Shown: one piece after another, positions 35,451-44,686 of the stretch
Numbering within the stretch: position 1 is the first letter of the stretch
How the letters are laid out: each line of letters starts with the position of its first letter
Assembly: GCA_041178085.1 (NCBI GenBank)
Contig: JBEGVZ010000048.1
Location: 1 to 56,332 of the forward strand
Length of the DNA: 56,332 bases
From: Pseudomonadota bacterium
GTDB lineage: Bacteria > Bdellovibrionota_B > Oligoflexia > Oligoflexales > RGVZ01
Direction of reading: 5' to 3'
Translations under genes and position numbers: made by a program
Notes under the pieces: generated by a model
The model's input: the letters and a program-made list of their open reading frames with translations, nothing else
The model's database searches: none
What the model was told of the DNA's origin: nothing

Positions 35451-37235
35451 TCAACGCTCGTAAATCACGCAATTGCCGGCAAGGAAATCGACCGTCAGGA
35501 TCTGGAGTTTGCCGTTCTGGTTTTTTTGCGGTGTGAACCGGCACGAAATATCCTTGCGTGTACCCCCGTCTGCGACGGAGGCCCTCAAGTTGTATTCCTT
35601 CCCTGGGGCCAGGTCCTTCAGGACCTCAACCGGACTTTCGACTCCGTCCTGCACGTTCATCCGCAGGATCAGATAACCGTCATCGATGTTCACCACGATG
35701 GACGGGTTTGCACTCCAACGCACGGAAATACCGAACGGGACAAATTCCACCTTCGGTTTCATTTGCAGTTTGATCTCTTCAAGCACTGCCCCGGCTTTGA
35801 TCTCCTGCCAGGTCTGCTCAGAGTAATATCCTTCACGTTTGGCCTGGATCATGTGCCGTCCGGGGGGAAGGCGCATGGCTAGTGGTATTTTTCTGTAGCG
35901 CCCATCGAACATTGGCTTGTTGTTGACGCTGATCTGGAGGGTGGGGGCGTTGGACTTGATGACCAGCTGTGCCGGCTGCTTGGCGGTCAGGGGCACCGAC
36001 ATGCGACCCAGTTGTAACATTCCCGCAAGGCCGCCAAGGATGATCATCGCATAGATCCATACCCTGGAAGCGCCGCGACGGCCAAATGCCGGTGAGTGGC
36101 GCATTGAAATCGTAGATCGGATCGCGCTACGACCCTGCCAGTTTGGGGAGTGCATGCGCCAGGGGATTTCCGAATCGGGGACGCCGCTTTGCCTTGCCCC
36201 CGTGCCCGTGGCGCTGCCATTTATGGGCCGGATGCCACTATTTGTCTGGACAGGAGGTGTCGGCGGGACCGGCTGCGATAACAGCGTCCGGATGTCTGCA
36301 GCGATGTCAGCTTTGCGCTGCGCAAGGAGCACAGACAGGAATTTCGCCACATCCTCTGCTGTAAATTCCGGATAGCGGTGGCTCAGGTAGCGACGCAGGT
36401 CTCGCTCAAATTCATGAGAGTTCTCATACCGGCGGTGGATGTCGCGCTGGAGCGCCCGCATGGTGATTTGTTCAAGCACTTGGTCTACGTCGGAGTTGAG
36501 GCCCCGGAGCGTTGGCGGAACGCGACACTCGTGAACCATGCGGATCGTTTCGACGTCGCTGTCGCGCTCAAAGAGGCGTGTCATGGAAAGAGATTCCCAG
36601 AGCACGATGCCCAGCGAGAACACGTCAGACCGGCCGTCCAGCGGCTTGGCCGACACTTGTTCGGGGCTCATGTAGGAGTATTTGCCCTTCACCACGCCAG
36701 GTCTTGTGTCGGTGATCTTGCCGCCGGCGTCAGCGATGCCGAAGTCGGTGATCTTCACTTCTCCGGAAAAACTGAGGAGTATGTTCTGCGGAGAGATATC
36801 CCGGTGCACGATATTCATGTGTTTGCCGGACAATTCGTCGAATTTCGTGTGGGCGTAGTGCAGACCCCGGGCAGCCTCGGCCACGATGAGCAGCACCATT
36901 GGCACGGGCAGCCTCATTTGGCGCTGTGAGCAATAGTGCAAAAGGGCACGCAAGTCCGTACCCTCGACGTACTCCATCACCATGCCCCAGCTGGTACCGA
37001 AGGCCTGAAAGCCTTCAACCCGCACGATGTTGTTATGCCGGAGGCTTTTGCATATTTGGGCTTCGTCCCGGAACATCTGCACGTATTCCGCATCGTCGGC
37101 GTAGTGGGGAAGGATTCGCTTCACGGCGCAGATACGCTGAAATCCATCGCCTCCGATTTGGCGGGCAAGCCAGATTTCGGCCATCCCGCCCCGGGCGATC
37201 TTCTTTTCCAAAAAGTATTGGCTGGTCGCTGACAT
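35451..37235 (-). CDS. Membrane Hanks-type Ser/Thr kinase (myxobacterial type) with PEGA domain
   Basis: GGMAEIW, AVKRILP, HRDISPQN, DFG, GKYSYMSPEQ; TM VWIYAMIILGGLAGML; LPPGRH..KREGY; start re-assigned to ATG 37235. Confidence 0.93.
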   Translation of the reverse strand: MSATSQYFLEKKIARGGMAEIWLARQIGGDGFQRICAVKRILPHYADDAEYVQMFRDEAQICKSLRHNNIVRVEGFQAFGTSWGMVMEYVEGTDLRALLHYCSQRQMRLPVPMVLLIVAEAARGLHYAHTKFDELSGKHMNIVHRDISPQNILLSFSGEVKITDFGIADAGGKITDTRPGVVKGKYSYMSPEQVSAKPLDGRSDVFSLGIVLWESLSMTRLFERDSDVETIRMVHECRVPPTLRGLNSDVDQVLEQITMRALQRDIHRRYENSHEFERDLRRYLSHRYPEFTAEDVAKFLSVLLAQRKADIAADIRTLLSQPVPPTPPVQTNSGIRPINGSATGTGARQSGVPDSEIPWRMHSPNWQGRSAIRSTISMRHSPAFGRRGASRVWIYAMIILGGLAGMLQLGRMSVPLTAKQPAQLVIKSNAPTLQISVNNKPMFDGRYRKIPLAMRLPPGRHMIQAKREGYYSEQTWQEIKAGAVLEEIKLQMKPKVEFVPFGISVRWSANPSIVVNIDDGYLILRMNVQDGVESPVEVLKDLAPGKEYNLRASVADGGTRKDISCRFTPQKNQNGKLQILTVDFLAGNCVIYER

Positions 37236-37242
37236 AGCAGCT

Positions 37243-37269
37243 TTTTCGGCTTTCCAGACCGGGTCCTGA
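37243..37269 (-). promoter_or_regulatory. Putative sigma28 (FliA) promoter, leaderless geometry
   Basis: Minus strand TCAGG-N14-GCCGAAAA-N7-ATG(37235); no SD. Confidence 0.55.
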
Positions 37270-37413
37270 AGGAACCTTCCGGGACCAGGGGTTTCAGGGT
37301 CGGTTGGGGGGTAATTAACTAGCTGAAACAATTAGATAAAAATTATATGCTTCAGGTCTTGCCAACTGGCATTTATGCTGGGGGTCGCAAATCATGTTTT
37401 CAATCGAGTGATC

Positions 37414-38106
37414 ATGCAAGGATCGGTTTCCACAGGGACGTTCATTTCGATCGAAGGCGGCGAGGGAGTCGGTAAGAGTTCCTTTTCTGCCTCGCTCGTT
37501 GCGGCCTTGTCGCGCACTTCCCGGGAAGTCGTTGCTACCAGGGAGCCGGGTGGAACTTTGATTGCCAATAGTATCAGGGCCATTTTTGCCAATCCTCCTG
37601 CTGCCGAACCACTGACTCCCCAAGCAGAAGCCATGCTCGTGCTGGCGGCCCGTGCGCAGCACGTTGCCAACCTCATCCGCCCCGCACTTGCCCGGGGAGC
37701 CTGGGTTGTCTGTGACCGGTATTCTGATTCGACCATGGTGTATCAAGGGAAATTGGCGGGATTGGATCCTGCGTGGCTCCGGCTCACCAATCGCATTGCG
37801 ACGGGTGGCCTGGAACCTGACCTGACTTTTCTGCTCGATTGCCCTGTGGAAATATCTCGCCGCCGTTGTGAGGGGCGCTTGAAGAGCGGTCGCCAGGAAG
37901 ACGGTGCCGCACGTTACGACGGTGGGACTGCCGGGCAACACGAAATCATACGCGCCGGGTTTCTTGAGTGCGCGGCTTCGGCGCCCAGCCGTTTCGTAGT
38001 CCTTGACTCCAGCACCACCGTGGAAACAGTCATTGCGAAAGCGTTGAAGACGCTCCATGAGCGTTTTCCTGGTGATTTTAGCGGCGCAGGAGGCTCCCGT
38101 GGTTGA
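37414..38106 (+). CDS. tmk: Thymidylate kinase
   Basis: FISIEGGEGVGKS, TREPGG, CDRY..S..YQG, PDLT. Confidence 0.95.
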   Translation: MQGSVSTGTFISIEGGEGVGKSSFSASLVAALSRTSREVVATREPGGTLIANSIRAIFANPPAAEPLTPQAEAMLVLAARAQHVANLIRPALARGAWVVCDRYSDSTMVYQGKLAGLDPAWLRLTNRIATGGLEPDLTFLLDCPVEISRRRCEGRLKSGRQEDGAARYDGGTAGQHEIIRAGFLECAASAPSRFVVLDSSTTVETVIAKALKTLHERFPGDFSGAGGSRG

Positions 38107-38917
38107 CGTCAACCCGGTGGTGAAATCGCTTCTTGCCCTTGCCGGCAACGGACGCATGCCGGCATCGCTGCTTCTGTATGGCGCGCATGCCGGGTCTGTG
38201 AGAAGCGCCGCGCATCAGTTATTGACGGCATTGTTTTGTCCACGCCTTTGTGGCGATTGTGCCGATTGCCGGGCGATGGTTACCGGGGAACATCCAGAAG
38301 TTTTTGCGCTGCCAGAAGAGGATGCCGTCAAGATCGATCAAGTGCGGGCGGCAATTGCCCATCTGGACTTGTATTCATCGAGTCGTGCGGACGGTCGCCG
38401 TGGCTGGCGTGTGATTGTCCTGCCTCAGGCCGAAAGGCTGACAGAACAGGCTGCCAACGCCCTCCTCAAGACGGTCGAGGAACCGCCGGAAGGGGCCTTG
38501 ATCCTGGTTACGGCACGTCATCCGCGCAACCTTTTACCAACCCTGCGTTCGCGTCTACTGGCGCTCCGGATTCCTGGCTCGGCAGAAGTTGATGAGCCAG
38601 CCCCCGAAGTGTTGGCGGCCATCACCGGGGTTCTTGCATCTGGTCCATCGGCGGCAGCTCTTTCCTCGGCAGAGAAAGTTGCCCGCCAATTCAAGTTGAA
38701 AGCCGGTGAGTTTTCGGCGTTGGCGGAACTTGCCCTGAACGGCATTTACCACCAGTCATTGTCTGCGGGAGCAAATCCTGCGACACGGAATTCACAGGTC
38801 GAGGTCATGGGTCCGCGCCGCCGGCTGCTTGGCGAATTGCACAAGTTGGCGCGTGCGCGGAATATTGCATTGAACACGCAGCTTGCAGCCGAGATGGCCG
38901 CAGGTTTTTCGGGCTGA
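38099..38917 (+). CDS. holB: DNA polymerase III delta-prime subunit (short)
   Basis: C..CGDC..C zinc site, HPE, AANALLKTVEEPP, LLPTLRSR; GTG 38099 with AGGAGG. Confidence 0.88.
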   Translation: MVDVNPVVKSLLALAGNGRMPASLLLYGAHAGSVRSAAHQLLTALFCPRLCGDCADCRAMVTGEHPEVFALPEEDAVKIDQVRAAIAHLDLYSSSRADGRRGWRVIVLPQAERLTEQAANALLKTVEEPPEGALILVTARHPRNLLPTLRSRLLALRIPGSAEVDEPAPEVLAAITGVLASGPSAAALSSAEKVARQFKLKAGEFSALAELALNGIYHQSLSAGANPATRNSQVEVMGPRRRLLGELHKLARARNIALNTQLAAEMAAGFSG

Positions 38918-38926
38918 GGAATTTTC

Positions 38927-40054
38927 ATGGAAACGGTCAACATCGTCGGTGTTCAATTCAGGCGCGCGGGCAAGATTTACCACTTTACCCCCGGCGGCCT
39001 TGAAGTCCGTATCGGTGATCCTGTCGTTGTTGACACGGATCGTGGGCCCAGCCTGGCTCACGTGGCGACGCTGAAGTTGCTCGACCGGTCGGACCTTGGT
39101 GCCGAGGACTTGAAACCCCTCATGCGCAAGGCCACGGAAAAGGATCTGGACAGTTACGGGAAATTGACTCCTGAATTCGCAGAAAAGTTTGCACGTGAGG
39201 CGCTCAAGCGGCACACGTTGGACATCCGGATTTTGAAGGCTGAAGTCCAGCTTGGTGGTAACAAGGTGGTGATCTACTTCTCATCACCTGGCCGCGTCGA
39301 TTTCAGGGAACTGGTGAAGGACCTGGCGTCGGGAATGTTTGCGCGGGTTGAATTGAAACAGGTCGGTGCACGGGACGAAGCCAAGCTTGTCGGTGGACTA
39401 GGTATTTGCGGGCGCGAATTCTGCTGTTCTAGCTTCCTGCGTGAATTTGTCCCGGTTTCGATCAAGATGGCAAAGAACCAGAACCTTGCCTTGAACCCGA
39501 CCAAGGTGTCTGGCGGTTGCGGCCGTTTGCTGTGTTGCCTGACTTATGAAAACGACACTTACTCAGAACTCCGCAAGCTTATGCCAGGCAAGGGTGCCAA
39601 GGTTCGCGTGATCGAGGACGGTTTGGTTTGTACCGTGGTCAAGTCGGACCTGATCAACCAGCTCGTGATGATCATTTCGGAAGATGGCAACTTCCAGACC
39701 TTGCCGATAAGGGAAGTGGAAGTTCTAGAAAGGGACGCTCGCCAGCAAGGTGGCGGAGGATCCAAGCCTGCTCCGCAGAAGTCCGCTGACAAGGCTCCGC
39801 AAAAGCCAAAAGGTGAGTTCGACGATGAGGAACACGTCGACGAGGAAATGGCAGAGGCGGAATCCTGGGCGCAGGACATCAATCTGGAAGACCTTGGGTT
39901 TGACCAGGCCGGTGGTAGTACCACCCAGCCGCCACCAGCCTCCGGCAGTGAGAATTCCGGCGGCGACGGTGAAGGACGTCATGGCGGTAAGGCTGGAGAC
40001 GGAGGCGGGCGCCGTCGCGGTCGTCGTGGCGGTCGCGGTGGGCGCAAAAACTGA
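38927..40054 (+). CDS. ricT: PSP1/YaaT (RicT) family protein
   Basis: RVDFRELVKDLA, GICGREFCC, KMAKNQ, SGGCGRLLCCL.YE; acidic then Gly/Arg tail. Confidence 0.9.
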   Translation: METVNIVGVQFRRAGKIYHFTPGGLEVRIGDPVVVDTDRGPSLAHVATLKLLDRSDLGAEDLKPLMRKATEKDLDSYGKLTPEFAEKFAREALKRHTLDIRILKAEVQLGGNKVVIYFSSPGRVDFRELVKDLASGMFARVELKQVGARDEAKLVGGLGICGREFCCSSFLREFVPVSIKMAKNQNLALNPTKVSGGCGRLLCCLTYENDTYSELRKLMPGKGAKVRVIEDGLVCTVVKSDLINQLVMIISEDGNFQTLPIREVEVLERDARQQGGGGSKPAPQKSADKAPQKPKGEFDDEEHVDEEMAEAESWAQDINLEDLGFDQAGGSTTQPPPASGSENSGGDGEGRHGGKAGDGGGRRRGRRGGRGGRKN

Positions 40055-40069
40055 CTTCAACGACGTTTG

Positions 40070-41173
40070 CTAATGGGCGACGACTGACTTCCGGTTTGGC
40101 GTCGACCTTAGATTTTCGATTTGCTTCGCAGCCAGCTGGCCGCAGGCAGCAGACACATCCAGTCCCTTGCTGTAGCGGACCGGAGCCGGGATCGAACGTT
40201 CTGCCAGGTGTTTCTGGAAGTTGCGGATATCGTCGTCCGCCGGCCGGTCAAAAGGCAGGCCCGGGTGTGCATTGAACGGGATCAGGTTCACCTTGGCGCG
40301 CAGGCCGTGGATGAATTTCACCAGCTCTTTGGCTTCACGAGATCCGCAGTTCTTGTCCTTGATCAGGATGTATTCCAGCGTCACCTTGTTGCCGGTGACT
40401 TCCTGCCACGTTTTCAGGGCAGCCTTGAGTTGATCGAGCGGGTATTTTCTGTTGACGGGCATCAGCTCTGTGCGCAGTTCATCTCGTGCGGCGTGGAGGG
40501 AAAGTGCCAGGGCGCACTTCACGTCCCGCGCCAACTCAACAATGCGCGGCGCAAGGCCAGAGGTCGAAACGGTGACATGACGGTTGGACAGGCCAAAGCC
40601 AAACTGTTCTTCCGGGCGAAGCAGCGTCTTCACGGCATTGACCACGTTCACATAGTTGTCGAGCGGTTCGCCCATCCCCATGAAGACTACGTGGGAGATC
40701 CGCCGTGATTCACTCTGCGTGATCTGAGAGGCGACCAGATACTGAGCCAGGATTTCATGGGCATGAAGGTGACGGAAGAAACCGAGCTTGCCCGTCTGGC
40801 AAAAGCTACAGGCGAGTTTGCAGCCGACTTGAGAAGAGACGCAAAGGCTGGTGCGGTTGTCGTAGCGCAGGATGACAGCTTCCATGAACTGCCCGGTGGT
40901 GGTTTTCAGGAGCAGTTTGGTCGATCCGTCTTCCGACGCGAGAGAACTGTGGATTTCAGGCATGGACCAGTCGATGCCGTCGGCAAGTTTTTGGCGGAGC
41001 GACGCCGGGAGGTTGCTCATGTTTGCCGGGTCGACGCATTTCCCGGGATAGATCCATTTCAGGATTTGTCCGGCGCGGTAGGACGGCTCTCCCCAGGATT
41101 TGAGGAGTTCCGTCAGCTGGCTCAGGTCCAGAGCGAGCGCGTGCGGTTTTGTGGTCGTGGGACTGATTGTCAT
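40070..41173 (-). CDS. rlmN: Dual-specificity RNA methyltransferase RlmN
   Basis: CVSSQVGCKLACSFC, MGMGEP, SLHA, EY, NLIPFN, AACGQL. Confidence 0.95.
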   Translation of the reverse strand: MTISPTTTKPHALALDLSQLTELLKSWGEPSYRAGQILKWIYPGKCVDPANMSNLPASLRQKLADGIDWSMPEIHSSLASEDGSTKLLLKTTTGQFMEAVILRYDNRTSLCVSSQVGCKLACSFCQTGKLGFFRHLHAHEILAQYLVASQITQSESRRISHVVFMGMGEPLDNYVNVVNAVKTLLRPEEQFGFGLSNRHVTVSTSGLAPRIVELARDVKCALALSLHAARDELRTELMPVNRKYPLDQLKAALKTWQEVTGNKVTLEYILIKDKNCGSREAKELVKFIHGLRAKVNLIPFNAHPGLPFDRPADDDIRNFQKHLAERSIPAPVRYSKGLDVSAACGQLAAKQIENLRSTPNRKSVVAH

Positions 41174-41291
41174 GATGCCCTCAGGTGCGGGCGGATTCTA
41201 ATAGAAAATCATTAAAATACAAGTTGTTATTAATATGGTTGGGTGCGGTTCTAGTCGCCGAGAAATTCGATTAAATAACCGTAATTATTGA

Positions 41292-42140
41292 TTAATTTGC
41301 ATTCTTGGCACAGGAGGCGCCCAAGCTGATCAAATCCTGCAAGTTGGGCCAGGCGCAGACGGCGATATTGCCAAAGCCGGCGGCGGCGGCTGCCCGGGCT
41401 GTTGTCGGGCCGATCACGGCAGCAACCAGGTGACGGGGATGCAGATCAGGTTCTTCTGAAGTGAGGGCGAGCCATCCCGTGACAGACGAGGGGCTGGCAA
41501 AACAAACCACGCACCGTGCATTGTGCGCACGCTTGCCGATCAGCTTCGCCTGTTCTTTAATTTCTTTTTCAGCCAGCGGGTTGCCACTTTGATCTGTCGG
41601 TGTCGCGATTGTCCGGTAAAGGATGATGTGTTGGGCCTCGTGACCCGACTTTTGCAGCGCGCCAGCAACATCGAAGGCGAAGTCTTCTCCGCGCAACCAT
41701 ATGGTGGACGATTGGACTGGATCTTCGTTGATCGATCTGGTCAGTTTTCCCACTAATTCAACACTGGTCGGGGCGTCGATGCACTGAACGCGTTCGCCGA
41801 AAAGACCAGTCGCGGATGCAGCAGTCTGTTGACCGTGAGTGATGACCTTGCTCACCTTGTTCAGTGCCGCGCGCAACCCAGCATCGCCCTGCACAGCTTT
41901 GTTCAAAATTTTAACAGCGTTTTGGCTGGTAAAAATGAGCACTGCAGAATCCGCGAGCGCAGTCTTCAACTCTGAAATACCAGCTGCGATTGCATCAACC
42001 CGGATACAGGGAACATGGACAATATCGACCTGGTGCTGGTTCAGGAGAAGCGCATCGGAAGCGAGGTCTGCAGCGGAACGAGTCCACACCAGAAAGGGGC
42101 GTTCTTTCCCGTTGGATGGTGAAGGGATGCCATCATGCAT
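41292..42140 (-). CDS. hemD: Uroporphyrinogen-III synthase
   Basis: WTR, IFTSQNAV, LYRT, FASPSSV, IGPTTA; lies in the hem cluster. Confidence 0.82.
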   Translation of the reverse strand: MHDGIPSPSNGKERPFLVWTRSAADLASDALLLNQHQVDIVHVPCIRVDAIAAGISELKTALADSAVLIFTSQNAVKILNKAVQGDAGLRAALNKVSKVITHGQQTAASATGLFGERVQCIDAPTSVELVGKLTRSINEDPVQSSTIWLRGEDFAFDVAGALQKSGHEAQHIILYRTIATPTDQSGNPLAEKEIKEQAKLIGKRAHNARCVVCFASPSSVTGWLALTSEEPDLHPRHLVAAVIGPTTARAAAAAGFGNIAVCAWPNLQDLISLGASCAKNAN

Positions 42141-42173
42141 AGAGCGGGTGCCCAGCCTGTCGGTTGAGATGTC

Positions 42174-43751
42174 CTACTTGCACGCGGCCTGGTCGCGCGG
42201 AAAAGCGATGTTGTTGCGGAAACCGGCCAGGTGCGGGCTTGGTAGAGCCCCTCGTAATATAGCATCGGCGTCCGTTCCCGTCACCGAACCATCGTCTTTC
42301 ATCGAGAGCGGATTGAAACCGTATTGGCTCCAGATGGGGCGGGTATTGACCCAGCGGTCTTCTGGTTCGCTGAACACATGGACGCCGGATATGTCCCCGC
42401 CGATACAGCTATTGGAGACAGCGACGATGTTTGCCGTGCCGTTTCCATCAACGTCGGCGACCACGGGATATTCGTGTGCTGTATAGCTTGTGTTTGGCGC
42501 CTCATAGATCACATTGCCCGTTTGCCCGTCGAAAACTCGCAGGAAATATTCGTCGTTATAGACAACCTCGGTCCTGCCATCGCCGTTGAAGTCAAATGCC
42601 GTGGAACCCGTTCTTGCCGATGATGCATCCTGCGTAGGGCGGCTCCAGAGGACCTTGCCGGTATTGTCGAAGACGGCATAACGCGTCTTGCCTGCGATGC
42701 CGATTTCCAGTCCTTGATCATCCTTGCCGTCGAGATCAGCGATATTTGGTGGACCGCCCCCCGAGTCGCCAAGCGGTACAGAGAAAATCTCCTGGCAGTT
42801 ATCGCCGCGGTAGGCCACGAGTTTGGTTGAATCCGCCGGGTTGGGGGGGGCCTCCCAGGTTGGACCAATGACAGTCAAGAACGGATCGTCCTTGTGCAGG
42901 CGCGCAATTCCAAGGTTGGCAAGGTTCTTTTCGAAACGACAGATGGTGGTGCCGGACGAGTTGACAATGCCAGTCCCCAGAACGATTTCCATCGTGCCTT
43001 GAAGGTTGGTGTCTGCAGGGTATGCGTGTTGCCCCTTGGCAAGTGAGAATTTGAGGGCGCCAGTCCTGGCGTCAAGCACCATGCCTGGGGCAATCAATTC
43101 AGTGGAACCGTCTCTGTCCAGATCAGCCAGCGATATCCCGTGAATCCACTCTGGGCTGATTCGCGACGCAGCAGTGCGCGAGCCTGTGCTTTCGGTTGAA
43201 TTCCAGATTTTGACTCCGTCATGATTCAGGGCTACGACTTTCTCTGTCGTGTGTTCGATTGCGAATACTTCCATTTTGCCATCGCCATTGACGTCACCCA
43301 GTGCGGGAGCCACCGAGGCATCCAGTGGGATCGCTTCCCCCGAACCATTCCGACCTGTCCACTTGTGGCGCCCGTCCTTGCCATCAACAGCAAAGATCCT
43401 GCCCGGACTTGCAACCGCTCCGTTGCAAACGCCGGCCACCTTTTCGAATCCAATTGCGATGATGGACGGGGATGTGTCTGCCGGGTCAAGGCGCCCGGTC
43501 ATGGCTGTTGATGCGAACTGGGTAAACTGTGCGCTTGGCGCAGGTGGCAGGTAAGTAAAGAGCTTCTTTGGTGTGATGGCTATGTTGGGAAGAGGCTCAG
43601 GCAAGCAGCGATTTTGATCTCCTCCGCTAAATGCGGTCGGACGTTTTTTTGCCGATGAACCAGTAAACTGGTCTGAGTTGCAGCTCAAAACCACTACAGT
43701 AGTCGCGGTAGCAACCAACAAGCTCAAAGATGAACCGGTAATCTTACGCAT
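42174..43751 (-). CDS. FG-GAP/VCBS-repeat beta-propeller lipoprotein
   Basis: ATG 43751; lipobox VLSC; repeated DxNGDG/DLDRDG loops; YPVVADVDGNG, TRPIW. Confidence 0.82.
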   Translation of the reverse strand: MRKITGSSLSLLVATATTVVVLSCNSDQFTGSSAKKRPTAFSGGDQNRCLPEPLPNIAITPKKLFTYLPPAPSAQFTQFASTAMTGRLDPADTSPSIIAIGFEKVAGVCNGAVASPGRIFAVDGKDGRHKWTGRNGSGEAIPLDASVAPALGDVNGDGKMEVFAIEHTTEKVVALNHDGVKIWNSTESTGSRTAASRISPEWIHGISLADLDRDGSTELIAPGMVLDARTGALKFSLAKGQHAYPADTNLQGTMEIVLGTGIVNSSGTTICRFEKNLANLGIARLHKDDPFLTVIGPTWEAPPNPADSTKLVAYRGDNCQEIFSVPLGDSGGGPPNIADLDGKDDQGLEIGIAGKTRYAVFDNTGKVLWSRPTQDASSARTGSTAFDFNGDGRTEVVYNDEYFLRVFDGQTGNVIYEAPNTSYTAHEYPVVADVDGNGTANIVAVSNSCIGGDISGVHVFSEPEDRWVNTRPIWSQYGFNPLSMKDDGSVTGTDADAILRGALPSPHLAGFRNNIAFPRDQAACK

Positions 43752-43781
43752 CTCTCGCCCTTCACCAGAAATACCCAAGGG

Positions 43782-43808
43782 TTATCGGAATATTTTTGTG
43801 TTTCTGTA
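43782..43808 (-). promoter_or_regulatory. Putative sigma28 promoter for the FG-GAP lipoprotein
   Basis: Minus strand TACAG-N14-TCCGATAA, 30 nt upstream of the ATG. Confidence 0.55.
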
Positions 43809-43942
43809 CTCCTGAAGCTGTAAGCAGGGTTTATTGAAAAATTCCGGATGGTTGCGTTACCAATGCGAAGGTTGTTCCACGGTCGCGGGAACTTGCTGGA
43901 CTGTTTTCTCTCGTTCTCGAAAATAGCGCTTGGGATTCGAAT

Positions 43943-44686
43943 TCAATGCGCGCGGTCACCTTCACACGTGGTATGCGATTGGCGACAAAGTTCAGGGATT
44001 TGAAAAACCTTGGGATCGGGGCGCTCTGTGGAAAAGCCAGAAAACTCCTGTTGAACCCACCCGGACAAAACGGGAAACCAAAAAGCTGCAGGCGTGCCGT
44101 CATCGTGCAGACCATAACCGAAGGGCCCGGGCAGGGGAATCGAGAGCACCCACCACGAAGTCCGACGACCCTTCAGATCCTGGTGCCGGTCAAATTTCAT
44201 TGTCCTGATAACATCCCGCCGCGGAGCCCAAAAAGCATCCTTGCGCCACAGGCAGCAGGTATCGATGGTCATCTGGGAACTTTTTTTGAACTTCAGTAGC
44301 CATGTGCGGTCACGCACACTCAAAAACTGGCAGGCATAGTTCCGCCCATCCGGAAAAATGTCGATGCATCTTTCCTGATAAATCTCGGTCATCGCAGGAA
44401 TGTCTGCGTCGTAAAAAGTTGTTCCGTTGGTTGTCACCCTGGAGTCAGGCAATTTACTGTGAGGGGGTCTTTCGGATGCCTTGAACTCATGCATCTGCCA
44501 CTTCATCGAGTAATGAGCAGGCAGGAGTGGGGCAGAAGCGTCCCCGCCGCTAGCGGGTTGATTGCCGTGGCATCTTGCACACCAGTCCTGGCTGGCCTGG
44601 GCCGTAGCAAATGGAGCAAGGCAGGACAGCAAAAAGATCGGGATGAGTTGGTGAAATTGCACGCTATTACCCGGTGGAAATGTCAA
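43943..44686 (-). CDS. Secreted Cys-rich protein, putative LolA/VioE/ependymin-like fold, with CXXCH
   Basis: Signal peptide (AQA site); CARCH; PLLPAHY, GTTFYD, PRRDVI, DPKVFQIPELC; start TTG 44686 or GTG 44662. Confidence 0.6.
   Translation of the reverse strand: MTFPPGNSVQFHQLIPIFLLSCLAPFATAQASQDWCARCHGNQPASGGDASAPLLPAHYSMKWQMHEFKASERPPHSKLPDSRVTTNGTTFYDADIPAMTEIYQERCIDIFPDGRNYACQFLSVRDRTWLLKFKKSSQMTIDTCCLWRKDAFWAPRRDVIRTMKFDRHQDLKGRRTSWWVLSIPLPGPFGYGLHDDGTPAAFWFPVLSGWVQQEFSGFSTERPDPKVFQIPELCRQSHTTCEGDRAH

Noticed and set aside
37315..38157. 280-aa minus-strand ORF
   Set aside because: Antisense to tmk; no motifs
41267..41278. 12-mer TCGATTAAATAA shared with 331-342
   Set aside because: Only two copies, both in AT-rich spacers and in opposite orientation relative to htpX and rlmN; compatible with chance
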